DNA of 64,000 nucleotides from Eutreptiella sp. 'Long Island Sound 2002'. Taxonomy: Eukaryota > Protista > Euglenida. This document shows positions 49,188 to 60,617 of the stretch, in pieces (position 1 is the first letter of the stretch; each line of letters opens with the position of its first letter). The notes below the pieces were generated by a model, which searched no databases, was not told the origin of the DNA, and worked only from the letters and a program-made list of their open reading frames with translations. The DNA lies in the NCBI GenBank assembly GCA_964036045.1, contig OZ038378.1, forward strand, positions 113,522,001 through 113,586,000, in the 5' to 3' direction. The position numbers were made by a program, and so were the translations under genes.

Positions 49188-49940
49188 CAGGCTTCGTTTA
49201 TAAGAGCTAAGTTGCAATGGGGGGGGGGTCTGGGTGGGTGGGTCTTCAGCCGGGTGGGTGGGTCTAAAGCTCTAGACCCCCCGCCCCTCTTATAATTATG
49301 AGGGTTTTCTGGGTTGGGCTCCTGCCACACCTTCTTTCTTTGGTCACAGGAGCCTTGTCTGGCTGTTTGCTGGTGCCCCTTTCTGTTGTGTCGTTGCCCA
49401 GGTGGCAGGTGTGCAGGTCGCAGTCGCACAACCGCTGGTCGAATGGTAACGCAGCCGACGCTAAGTTTTTTCGTTGGTGGTTCGAATCCTGGGCTGCTGA
49501 CTTTTGGCGGCGGCGGCGGCGGCGGCGTCAAATTCGGCACCGGGGTTCGAACCGCCGACCAAAAAAATTCTGCTCCGCTGCATCACCATTGGGCCACTCC
49601 TTGTCTGCCAATGAATTTTCGCCCCACCGCTTGGGGACGCATCTGCCACAGACAAAAAACCCAAACTGTGTGTTTCTGTCTAACTTACTGCTGGCCTGGC
49701 GCAGGGACTGAATGGCTGACTGTCAACCTCTCTTCGAGGTACACTGCCGAAGGCAATAGAATTTTTGGTGTGTCACCCTTTGGGGATGTCTGACCCGGGA
49801 GAGCGCCTTGGCTTCAATTTGGTTCACAAAAAATGCTCTTCACAGAATTATAAGAGGGGGGGGGGGTCTGGGTGGGTCCAAAGTTGGGTGGGTGGGTCTT
49901 GTCCAAAATACCCCCCCCCCCCTCTTATAAACGAAGCCTG
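49188..49940. mobile_element. hAT-type MITE (753 bp) inserted in the YR ORF
   Basis: Perfect 19-bp TIRs caggcttcgtttataagag / ctcttataaacgaagcctg and a perfect 8-bp TSD gcaggagt (49180-49187 and 49941-49948). Confidence 0.97.
49436..49596. promoter_or_regulatory. Two convergent tRNA-like Pol III A/B-box units inside the MITE
   Basis: Plus strand: A box tggtcgaatgg at 49436 and B box ggttcgaatcc at 49479. Minus strand: A box tggcccaatgg at 49596-49586 and B box ggttcgaaccc at 49553-49543. A (GGC)n tract separates them. Confidence 0.7.
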
Positions 49941-49996
49941 GCAGGAGTACGTGTCGCGCTTCCGAGATAAGGAGAAGTTCTCGGCTGTCACTCTGG

Positions 49997-50794
49997 ATGA
50001 TCTGGCCCCAGTGGCGGATTAGGGTATGGAGATGCGCAAAGTGGGCTAGATCTCAGGCAGTGGCCCGCCCCTACGCAGGTTTGGAGGAGCTCAGGAGTTC
50101 CGCAAGGGCCTGTGATGGCAAGGCACAGCGGACGGCATATGGGATAGCAGTTCTATCGTTCACGTGCCTGCTGCGGGTGGGCGAGGCAGCCCCCATGAGG
50201 CGTGGCGGATCCCGTGCGAGGGGCGTGGGATTCCACACCGTTGAGTGTGACCCACACTTCGTCCGCAAGAAGCTGGGGAGCTACGGCAAGACGTGCCTAC
50301 GATGGTTGGACCGGGAGGGGTCCACGTCAGCGGTCCCGCTAGCACACTTCTGCCCCCAAGGGGCCGCCTACGTCCAAATGGTCATGGCGACCGCCCTCAG
50401 CGGTTGTGCCAGCGCCCACGCAAGGTGGCATGCGTGGAGGAGGGGTGGGTCGGCGGCCTTGCGCTGGTTGGGTCTGCCGGTTAGATGGCTGGCCTGGTGG
50501 GGTCGCGGGATGTCAGAGTCAGTGGCGGCCCACTATGGCGACGCCCCAGACGATTTCGTCGTGGCCGACAACGTGGAGTTGCCGTGGCGCAGTGCGCGGG
50601 GGGGCATGGAGTGGGAGTGGAGGGTTGTATCCCTCAAGGACATATTCCCGGGAGAGCTTCTGGCCTTCTGCGTGCGGGAAAAGGATGTGGGTCCGGAGGA
50701 AGTCCTCGTAGGGTGGAGGGATGCAGAAACCCCCGCAGAATCCAGTGCGGACTGCGGCCGACGAGATGACAAGGGGGGGCGAGGAGACAACTAG
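49997..50794 (+). CDS. Tyrosine recombinase catalytic domain
   Basis: LLRVGEA (R at 50174), WHAWRRGG (HxxR at 50429), WWGR, and AAHY (Y at 50534). FHTVECDP has E where a catalytic K might be expected. The N-terminus from 49053 is split by the MITE and a frameshift. Confidence 0.92.
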   Translation: MIWPQWRIRVWRCAKWARSQAVARPYAGLEELRSSARACDGKAQRTAYGIAVLSFTCLLRVGEAAPMRRGGSRARGVGFHTVECDPHFVRKKLGSYGKTCLRWLDREGSTSAVPLAHFCPQGAAYVQMVMATALSGCASAHARWHAWRRGGSAALRWLGLPVRWLAWWGRGMSESVAAHYGDAPDDFVVADNVELPWRSARGGMEWEWRVVSLKDIFPGELLAFCVREKDVGPEEVLVGWRDAETPAESSADCGRRDDKGGRGDN

Positions 50795-51650
50795 CGTGCC
50801 GGAGGGGGTGGACCTGAGAGGAGTTGAGAGAGTCCCGTCCGAAGAGGGGACGCGAGGGGCCCGGATGTCCCTCTGGCCTTCCCGGCCGTGCAAGGGCGAC
50901 CGGGGTCCGAGCGTGGCGGCGGACGTCGGGAAGGAGAAGACGTGATCGACGTCGATGCCGAGCCCCCCCCCCCCCCCTCCCCCGTCCGCAGGCACCTTCT
51001 CCATCCGTCTGCTCCGGATCGCGGCACACCGGACGGGTGCGGTCGCGTCGGTCTAGGGAAAGAGGAAGGCGGCAGGACCAGCCGGGCTTGTGGCTGCCCG
51101 AGCGGCAGTTTCTTGCCGAGTCGGCGGTGGGTCGGTGGGCTCGGGAGCGCCTGCGGTGCGGTGAGTGGGATGCGTGGTTGCGTGAACTGCGTACGTGCTT
51201 GCCAAGAGCCCCGTCGGGTTTGTTGGAGCGGCGCTTAATCCAATTTCTGCATCGGGGGGTGGTGGCAGCTAGGTACTTGCGACAGCCGGATTTCATGCCC
51301 TTAATTGCCACGGCGTTGTCCTCCCTGGACTCCGGAGTATGGGAATCCCTGCTGCACCATTGAACGTCGCCGAAGTTGCTAGTGCAACGCATACGTGACG
51401 AGGTGTTGAGTAGGGGGCTGGGGGTGGTTGGGCATATCCCTATACCGGCTGATATATGGGGGCGCAATGTGCCAGACACCTTTGCGTCCGTTGCTAGCCG
51501 CGATTTCTCAAGTGTTGGACCCCCGTCGGACGAGGCGGTGGTCATGCTGCATGCTTTGCGTCGCCACAACCTGTTGTTTCCCCTTCCGCCGGGGTCCCCG
51601 GGTCCGAACGGGGGAGTTTTTGCCATCCCAAAAACGCTTGATAAGTGTAG

Positions 51651-52226
51651 CTCAGGCTGCCTCCGCTCAAGTCCACGTCTTTACCCAACCAAACCAGGCG
51701 CGTAACCGGCTCCAAGGTGCTCTTGGGGCTGATAATGCCACCCGCCGCACGCAACACGTGCACCGCACGCGCAGCTTGCTCACACACGCGCCCTTTGCCC
51801 CGTCCCACAATGAGCACATCGTCAATGTATATCAAAACCAACACTCCTATCAGTCCAGAGTCCTCCACCAAGCGCTCTAACACCTTGTGGCATAGAATGG
51901 GGCTATACTTCCAGCCAAAGGGCAGGCACCTGAACGAAAATACTCCCCCCTCACCATCCGAGATACGGAAAGCCCCCCAGAAGCTTCCGGGAGGCGCAAC
52001 GACCAAAAACAAGTAGTGAGGTCGATATGGCACATACAAAGCTCGTCGTCCCCCCCCCCCCCCCCGCCACCCCAAGCACCTCCCAACCGGCCGCAGACTC
52101 CGTGCTCTACCATACAAAGGGGGGAGAGAAAATGATGATCCCTGTTGTGCCACCTGCGCCAAAAGGGCAAGAACCTCCACGGACGGCAGCGAAAACTTCT
52201 CAGGCTTCTAAGGCATTTCTCTATTG
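51651..52226 (-). pseudogene. RT catalytic core, inverted relative to its parent element
   Basis: Minus strand reads NREMP*KPEKFSLPSVEVL..CHIDLTTCFWSLRLP..FRCLPFGWKYSP..IYIDDVLIVG..ISPKSTL..WLGKDVDL. Confidence 0.93.
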
Positions 52227-52900
52227 TGGGAAGCGCTGCTGGCCCACTGGTCGAGATTATCTGTGGGTGTCTGTAGTGTGCCGTGCTTGCAGCAATTTCT
52301 AGGGCGCGCGCAGTGGATCTGTCGGCCTCGCTTTGGACATAGTCCTCACTTGTCGGGGGTCTGGGCCCATGTGTTGTGCCCCCCCCCCCCCGTCTGCAGC
52401 TTACGCCTGTTAAGTTGTTGCATTCCATGTCTGTGGTGTGTGTGTTGGCGTTGCTGGGTTGGTCAGTGGTCCCCCTGCCAAGGGAAGTGCGGAGAAAGCC
52501 ATTGTTTATGTACGTTGATGCGGCGCTCGACGGGGGGTGTACAGGTTGGGACTTTTTTCGATGGATCTTGGTTCGCGATCCGCAGTGCCCCTTAAGTAAC
52601 CGCCCAACCAACAGTGCGCGGAAGCGCGTGCGGTCCTGTGGGGTTTGAAATTCATTCTTAACGTAGGCGTCCACGAAGCACACCTTTTTGGTGATAATGC
52701 GGCGGCACTGGTGCAATTTTTACGGTGCAAAGCGAGTGTGCGGCGTGTTTACCAGCAGCGCCTGCTTAAGTGTTTCAGGTACCTGTGGGCGTCCTGCCCG
52801 GGTTTTACAGTGTACATTCACTGGGTGCGTGGTGCACTGAATGCAGTGAGATCCCATCAGTAGGCTGCATGGCCAGTTTGCGGAGAGTGTGGACCTGGCG
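52227..52900 (+). pseudogene. RT thumb + RNase H of the YR retroelement
   Basis: WEALLAHW..LQQFLGRAQW; MYVDAA (52517), QQCAEARA (52621), FGDN (about 52690), HWVRGALN. Frameshifted. Confidence 0.85.
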
Positions 52901-53196
52901 CGTGAGGCTGCGACGCGTAGAGTGGGCGATCTGTGGGCTCTTCCCGCAAGACGGTCTTTCTGTGGACCCTGGGTATCCCCATGGGGCCCTTTGTGCTACC
53001 GGAGGCATGGCGGTCGGGAATCCGGACATACGAGGGGGGGGGGGGGGCGGACTTCCATGAGGTCTTCCCGCAGTAGAGGTTGGAGGAGTCGGTTGGGGCG
53101 ATGACGTAGCGTGCACGTGCCTATGCGCTTGAGATTCCCCCCTGGGTGTTGTGCGTGGCGTGTATTTTTCCTGTGACCAGTATTTTTACGAGCGTT

Positions 53197-53720
53197 ATGA
53201 CTCGCAAGAAGGGCAAGAAGCGCAACCGTGGGCGACGCCGGCACAGGCGTTCCTAGGAAGCGACCGCCCCGAGGCGGCTGCAGGGCGGAGAGCGCCTGCG
53301 CAGGGCCCTGTGCGGGCTCTTGGCCTGGAGGCCGGTGCGCCAGGTGCTGCTGGGCACAGCCGCCAAGTTATTTTTCAGGAGCGACGTGCCGGAGGCCCTC
53401 GCAACTGGGGTGCTGCCGGACGCCACGCTGGACATTGCGCGGCGCCTGCACGGGAAGCCTGCTCAGGCTTTCCTCCCCGGGGGCAACCCCGGCGTCAAGC
53501 CGCCCGGCCAACACCACCTCTGCTGCCACAAGTGCTGAGTGGAGGACCCGCTGGGCACCATCTACTTGACGCTGAGTAGGCATTGCCTGCACGAAGGCAG
53601 ACATCTGCCATATGTGTTCGTGCAAGGCTCCTTGCGGCCGGTGGTGGGCGTGGCCCACCTGTTTGATCTGTAAGAGACAAGCTGTGTGGGTATGTTCTGC
53701 TGCTTTTTTGGCATGACCTA
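53197..53720 (+). pseudogene. Basic / Cys-rich ORF remnant just inside B1
   Basis: MTRKKGKKRNRGRRRHRRS*..RQVLLGTAAKLFFRS..LCCHKC..CHMCSCKAPCG..CLICKR, with stops and frameshifts. Confidence 0.4.
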
Positions 53721-54599
53721 GACCCATGGGGGGCGGCACACTGTCGAGTTTGTGTGGCCTGCTTCGGTGTCCGTGCTTGTGTGCTTTCGTTTGTGCTAAA
53801 TCTTAGATCACGTTCTGATCTATGGTTTAGCTCTGCTTGTGGTGTGTGTGTGTGTGTGTGTGTGTGCGTGTGTGGGGTGTGCATGCGTGCGTTTTTGTTG
53901 TAGAGCCTTTTTTGCTTTTGAGCCTGCAGCCCTCCCGTCCCATCCATTACGATTTTTGCGAGTTCTATCGCCTTGTTCAGGGCTTCTGTGACAGGCCCCA
54001 TGGGGGGCGACACACTGCCGAGTTTGTCTGGCGTGCTTCGGTGTCTGTGCTTGTGTGCTTTCGTTTGTGCTAAAATCAAAAAATGCAAACCTTTTTCCAC
54101 CTCAGCACTTTAGACACTAGCAACTCTCACTCTCCGGCCGTCGGCCCTCTTGCCAAGTTTTCTACTATTTGTGGCCTAAAATTGACCTCGCCGTGCAGTA
54201 ATTAACCCTCCATACGAAAGCACAAGAACACATAAAACATACCATTTTGGTGTTCATGTTCATCACGTAGGGCCATTGACGCCCGTCAATTCATTAGCCG
54301 GACCCAAATACCTCCGTTGACCCTCTTGCGGGGTGCCACATCTTTGGGGTTCTGGTTGTGGGGTTAGTGGGTTGGTGGGGGTTGGAGTTAGTTGCGGGGT
54401 TAGTCGGGGGGTCACTCTGTGGGTTAGTGGGGGCTGGGTTAGTGTGGCTTTGGAGGTCCTCCCTCCCCGCACATCTTGGCGATGCGCCTCAGCCTCCTCT
54501 CACACGTGCGCGCGCACACACACACACACGCACAATGATATTGGCACCTCCACACATCGATCCCCTCCCACAGACATCCTTCCTTCCTCCTTCCTATGT

Positions 54600-55030
54600 C
54601 CTCCCCTTGCCCTAGCCCTTAGGGTAGGGAGGGTATTCTCTCTCTTTTTGCAGGTTTGGTTTACATTTTTTTTTGGCGGTTATCCTATACCTCTCACTAG
54701 TTCAGTGGATGTAAGTGTAGGTATGCTTGTGTCTGTGTGTAATTGTGCTTGTGGTTGAGGTTGTGGTGTGTCGGGCTGTGGTGTGTAGGTATGTGGTCCC
54801 CGTAGCCCTGTTGTGTGGGTCTATGCCGTGTGGGGCTGCGGTGTATTGGGCCATGCTCTGGGGAGCTTTGGTGTGTGGTGCCGTGCAGCACATTGTGCAC
54901 ATGTTTTGTTGATGATCCCCCCCCCCCCCCCCCCAACAACCCCCCCCCCTAGCTGCCCGAATAGTGAGGTACAACCGTTAGGAGAGAAACAGAGAGAGAA
55001 TACCCTCCCTAGCCCTAGGGCAAGGGGAGG
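54600..55030. mobile_element. MITE-like element with about 40-bp terminal inverted repeats
   Basis: cctccccttgccctag...gggagggtattctctctc (54600-54644) pairs with gagagagaataccctccc...ctagggcaaggggagg (54992-55030). TSD not resolved. Confidence 0.7.
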
Positions 55031-58000
55031 AACATGTGCGCGCATGTGCTAAATGTTAGCGTCAAATTTGCGTGATTTTCACGAATATACGCATTCTCGA
55101 ATATACACCCTCCCAACGTTGCCGCTGACACAAGCAACATTTCCGTTGCAAGTAGTGGAGATCATGCACAATAGACATACAGACATAGAGATAGACAATC
55201 CTAATAGCCCATACCAGCCTACTTCTTCTTCGGGAAGGGGGGGGGGTGTTCTTGCCCTTGACAGTCACCACCTTCGTATGGAATGTGCTAAGGGGTTCTT
55301 TGTCCTTAGTTTTCTTTACGTGTTTTTTCGGGGCCTCGTCCTCACTATCCCCATTGTCGGTGGTTGGTTACTTCTTTGAAGGGGTGGCCTTCATCTTCCC
55401 CCCCCCCCCCCCCCCACCATCTCGATTTCCTCCTCAGACTCCTCAGATTTGATATCCTCCTCCCCCTCCTCCTCCTCAGTCCCTATTCCTGGGGAGCCAG
55501 GCATCCCAATTGACGAGGCACACACAGTCCATCTCCTGCACATAAGCTGCTAGTTGCTCACAGAACGCACCAAACAGTCCCAGGCTGCAATACATGGGCT
55601 CTCAAGAAGGCAAGACAGAAGCTCTGCCGGCAACAGCGCGGAAAATGTAAGCAGGAGCAAGGGCACTTCATCCTCAGACTCGCGTTCACGGCGCGGAATG
55701 AACCCAAGCACACGTAGGACCTAGCCAGCCGCTGCCAGACCAAAGGTGTTGTTGTATGCACCCTGATCACGAGTAAAGGTGTTTGGGACTTTAACTCTGA
55801 ATTTATCCGGTACACAGGAACAAATTGTCCTCTCCTCAAACCGATAAACCGGGTGACCGATCGCTTGGTTGTAAAAGGAGGTCATAAAGGAGGCCAATCC
55901 CCACACTCCCCAGAATCGCGCAATGGGTTCACCACAAACTTAACGCCTGTCACCATTCTCCCAATTGCAATAGGCACCAGCCTCCTAGCCACCTTCGAAA
56001 CCAATGGGTGTATATCCTCCAACTGTTCTTTCATACACTCAATGAAGACCTGGTGCAAAAAGCATAATTTCTGACAGATGGAAACTGCAGCTCCTAAAAT
56101 TGTCCCGCCTCACATTATCGGGACCATTTTTGATGCCTGATGCATACACACCATTTTTTACCCCTTCAATGCAATTGAGTACGGTAACCCTGCCAGTGAT
56201 CACCGGAATCGCCTTGGCTTGGCCCGCCACAGCCTTAAGGGCCTCCCGAGTTGCGTCGGCCAACCAGTAAAGTGTCACCCCCCCCCCCCCCCTTCTTTTA
56301 CGCCCTCCCGTTGACGCATTTCTCACCCCATGGTGTACTTCTAACCCCATGGTGTATTTCAAACCCCATGACCGCCTTGGAGACCCACAGTCCCGAGGTT
56401 TGTGGTGCCCATTGTCGGAAATACCCAAGCCGATGAAACCCTACCCCACACCTGCATGCCCATCTGCTCCATCGTGCGGCTCGTTCAACCAAATCGTTGT
56501 TGCCCACTCCCCATTGGATGATCGGACTGCCGGTACCTTGACGGGACGTGCCAAAGCAATCCGCAGGTTCCCCCATTCCTCATCTGCCCACAGGTATGCC
56601 TTGTGCAAAGTCTCCCACGAAAGCATGGGGTATTGGATATCCATTTTTCCATTTTCCACTTTGGATGCCCTTGGCGACTTGGCAAGCCGTTTACGAACCC
56701 GTTGCATCTCGAGGACATTCACTAATGAGATAGGACACTGCAGGCATCATCGGTAACACTGCTATCTGACAACGGTCTCTTTGGGGGGGGGGGGGGGGGG
56801 GCAATCAGCTGGCTCGACACTAGAACCACAAAGGATAGGGGGATGGGTGCACGTATTTTGAGGATGAAGGTGCAACATCTCCCATAGTCTATTGCGTTTG
56901 AGCAGTCTTGCCTTGGCATGTGACCCACTGATCTTTGCCTCCTCTCCAGCCATGTTCAGCAAGATTTCGTCCATCTGGTCGTTAACAGTCGCATAGTGTA
57001 GAGGTTCATGACTGTAGAACAAAAATTGGGTTCGGGTAGAATTTGGGAGCTGCAACCCCCATAACAATGGTAAGTAGCAATATGCACCAAGTCGTCACAG
57101 GCAGCAATGTACCCTTTGCGAACGGCCGGTAAGGAAACTTTTGAATGGGGAGCAAATATGGCGCGAATTTGGGTGCACAAACCTATGGTTTTGGCCCAAA
57201 AAGACTTCTTTCATAGGGTTGGGCTGGTAGCAATATTTTTAAGAAATCTAAAAAGATAAAATCTGGCTGGCTGTGAAAAAAAAATGGTCGTTTTTGGACA
57301 CGCTAGGGTGCCATGGTGCCCCCCATGCTGCACACTGGGTCACAGAGTACCACAAACACGTGTTATTTTTCCGGTTTTGCAATTTTCGGGAGCTGCAGCT
57401 TCCAAAATGTTCGATCCACTTTTTGGTGCTTGTTAGCAGCAATTCTGCTCTGGCTAATGTTGGCCCTTATTTTTCGTTCGTTTATGCAATCAGCAACAAT
57501 CGGGGATTCCTCAGCGTCTGTTACCTATCAGCATGGGATCACATCTCATGTATATTGGGGCTCAGTGAGTTAGCAACCGACGAGCAAAAAAATGAAACCG
57601 GTTTTTGCATGTGTTTGCCCATCTGCATCGGTGCTTCATTTTTCAAGTTGGGTTTTCGATGAAGGTTTGTATACAGCCTTGTAACAACATTGCAATACTG
57701 GTTTTTACTGTGGATGGGCGCTGTGGCTCCCAAAAATGAACATGATTCATGAGTTTTGACTATGTATCTCCGTGCGCCCCGCAATCAGCATTATGTGGCA
57801 AATGATGGTGTTTCAGGGGTGTGTGTTGCACAGCACAAAAGTGCTCTTTTTGAAAGTGCTTTTTTAGCACCCATTTTCGAGCGGTACCCATTTGGGAACT
57901 GCGCCATGTCCCCCACGTGCGGATCCGGCCGCCTCAGCAGTGTGAAGTTGGGATTGCCAGGTGTTCAAGGACTCGGTGACATGTGTTGTGTGTGTGGGCA

Positions 58001-58678
58001 GTGTGCGCAGGTATGGAGCCCCACGTGACATTGGGAGCCATTTGATTTGACCACGTTTCACGGTTGGCCAATGGTTCCTTGCACACCAAATGGTGTGTTT
58101 CGGTCCGGTAAGGAAAGAAAAAAGGGTGTAGCGGACGTGAACCTTGCTAGCGCCACGGAACCGGTTGTATCAGATGCTGAATTCAGCTAGCGTGCTTTGG
58201 AAACTGACGTTTGGCATCAACACAGAAACCCTGTGCACAAGTGCCGTGTGGCCCTGAAGGAAGGGCACACTGTATAATGAGTGGGGCAGTGATAGTGATT
58301 CTTACGAGCGCAGTGGTGAGGAGCTTCCATCAGTGCCTACACACTGGACCAGGCCCACCACTATAGTTACCACTAGTAGCGCCATTTCCAGTAGTAGCAG
58401 CAGTAGCAGTAGCAGTAGCACTGGCAGCAGTGCAAGTAGCTCCGGCAACGACACAAGCAGGTAATCCGTGACCACTAGTGATGGAGAAGAAGATGCACCT
58501 GTAATTAATTTGGATGAGCCAGGTTGGTCCAATATGTCTCCGGCTGTGTACATGGTAATCAGGGGTGGTGTGAATTGTCAGCCGGGCCGCATGCCGAATT
58601 GTTCGGAGATGCCTGACACACTTTTCCTTCGTTTTTCTTTATTTTTACAACCCGTTTCTGTCCTACATGGTTCCTCTC

Positions 58679-58818
58679 TTTACCCGCGGTTTGTGTAGGT
58701 GCTGCCTTCATGACGACCCTTCATAAGTGCTCATAATTTTACCCGCAGTTCGTGTAGGTGCTACCTTTAGGACAACCCGCCATAATTGCCCGTCATTTTA
58801 CACGCAGTTCGTGTAGGC
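58679..58818. repeat. 59-bp degenerate tandem repeat, about 2.4 units
   Basis: tttac(c/a)cgc(g/a)gtt(t/c)gtgtagg at 58679, 58738 and 58797. Confidence 0.8.
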
Positions 58819-59143
58819 TTTGGCTATACCTACGACATGGACAACCCCAGGGTGATCTCTGTAGAAAACACCTCGCTACTTTCGCAGGCAATAATCCCAT
58901 TGGTAATTTTCCAAGTCTTCGTGTACCCAATCGTGTACGATAAAGGACCAGCACCACAGTGACATGTGCTGAGTTTGGCACTCTATTTCATAAATCTTCT
59001 CGTGAACACTCACCCCACAGAATATATCTTGTCATAAAAATTATAATTATCATGGAGGTCAGCGCTCAGTTGAAACTTATTTTTCAACGCCTAGTTACCA
59101 CGTTCTGCGCCCAAGGATTTGGCACTTTGGGGTACTGAAGTCT

Positions 59144-59269
59144 GGGGAATTATGGGAAATCATGGGGAATTATGGGGAATTTTGCGAAAGCACAAGGGAA
59201 CTAAGGGGAATTATGGGGAATTGTGGGGAATTGTGGGGGTTTTATGGGGAATTATGGGGAATTATGGGG
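59144..59269. repeat. GGGGAATTAT decamer cluster (probable subterminal repeats of the adjacent hAT remnant)
   Basis: Multiple ggggaattat/ggggaattgt copies, more at about 59740, and an inverted variant at about 60541-60570. Confidence 0.8.
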
Positions 59270-60097
59270 CTTTTCCGTTAGGGTTGCCGTTGATTCTAGT
59301 GTCCTTCTCCAATTGGAAAACCTTTTGGGAGTTCAACGAGAAACTTTGAAAAGGGGACACGTGGAGATGTGAAATGTGAACGTGTGAGCAGTGGCCATGT
59401 TCATGGTCCATTGCCACTGGTTGTGGCTCTCCCATTTTGCAATACCAAAAGTGTCAAAGCTGGAGGAGTTTGAGTTGAAAGACTGATTGGCAACGGCAGT
59501 ATCTTTGTATTGGTTGTGTGCTTTGTGGAGGTAGGGCCGCCGCAAGGACCCTCCCCTTGTGGTGTGTGGTACCATGGCGGCACATACCCAAGCTGATGAT
59601 ACCCTGATGGTAATGGTGTGTGGTGCCCTTGTAGCAGGGAAAGAAAATATTCAGGGCAAAAAACCTAGCTGTGGGCTGAAAAATTATCAGGCCTATGCGC
59701 CCGCCAGCGCCAAACTGCTGCAGCTCGCCAAAAGACAGGAATTATGGGGAATTATGAGTGTTTGGTGGGGAATATGACTCGTAGGCTAATCAACCACTTC
59801 AACCAGTCCCCATGGCTAGCCTCATAGCGGTGGATTGTTTCTGCTGTGCTTTTTGGACCCTGTCAAAGGCCCTCCATGTATATTCCATTTGGCAGCACTC
59901 TTTCTTGATAAATGTCCAAATAAATTTCTGCAATGTGCCCATCTGTGCTTATTTCACCACAGATTTCGGACCTGCCGCTAATTCTTGCTGAATAAAGAAA
60001 TAGATGGGCGCAGATGGTACACTGATCATGGGAGCTTAAAAGCAGCGTCGAATGCCGTGGTACAGAAATCAGATAAGAACCTCGGTTTTGTTAGGGA

Positions 60098-60550
60098 ATG
60101 ACAGATCAGCTATGGTATATGACCCTCCAACGTGAACATCCGCGAAAAGAAATTGTCAATTATGCGACGGTGGATAAGGTCCAAAGGGTATTTCCAGCAA
60201 ATATAGCAGCCATGCTAGGTGCTGAATGGGACTTGTATTGGGGCCTACCTGCCGTTCCCGCTCAGCTTGACCTCATGGCATGGTGGAGAGGCATGAAAAG
60301 CCAACTACCCCAATTGGCAGCACTTGTCATTCGCACGCTATCCATCCTGCACACGGCCACTGATGTTGAGCGGTGCAATGGCTATTATACATTGGCCCGC
60401 ACGGACAAGCAACACTCCTTGAATGATGCGCATCATTTAGGGCGGTTACGTTTTGTGATGAATGGCGTTGTTCCGCCACCTGCAGCCGTTGGACATAGGT
60501 GTACACAAAGCAATGTCTTGCAGGCTTGTGTTGCACACACTTCCCCATAA
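60098..60550 (+). pseudogene. hAT transposase C-terminal dimerisation domain fragment
   Basis: LDLMAWWRGMKSQLPQLAALVIRTLSILHTATDVERCNGYY matches the hAT dimerisation motif (L.WW....P.L..LA...LS.P.T...ER.FS). The catalytic core is absent. Confidence 0.85.
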
Positions 60551-60617
60551 ACCCCCAAAAAACCTCATAGTTCTTATTCATAGTTGGCATTCACCTGCGT
60601 TTGCCATATTGTCACAG

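Larger units (their letters stand above)
48910..53150 (+). mobile_element. VIPER/TATE-like YR retrotransposon (gag remnant - YR - RT - RNase H), rearranged
   Basis: A coiled coil ELQELRKLVEDQRMAMEGLKKEL, then YR, then RT N-terminus PNGGVFAIPK, an inverted RT core, and RNase H. Confidence 0.85.
47602..54074. mobile_element. Nested YR-retroelement cluster bounded by split direct repeats A1...B1-A2-B2
   Basis: A1 47602-47723 matches A2 53803-53929. B1 53723-53800 matches B2 53997-54074 (73/78). No TSD. The block interrupts a 235-bp satellite unit. Confidence 0.75.

Noticed and set aside
50634-51626. 330-aa minus-strand ORF
   Set aside because: It is an antisense shadow of the GC-rich plus-strand pol region and has no motifs.
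58302-58553. Leu-rich minus ORF / Ser-rich plus frame as a gene
   Set aside because: It derives from an (AGT/AGC)n low-complexity tract with an in-frame stop on the plus strand.
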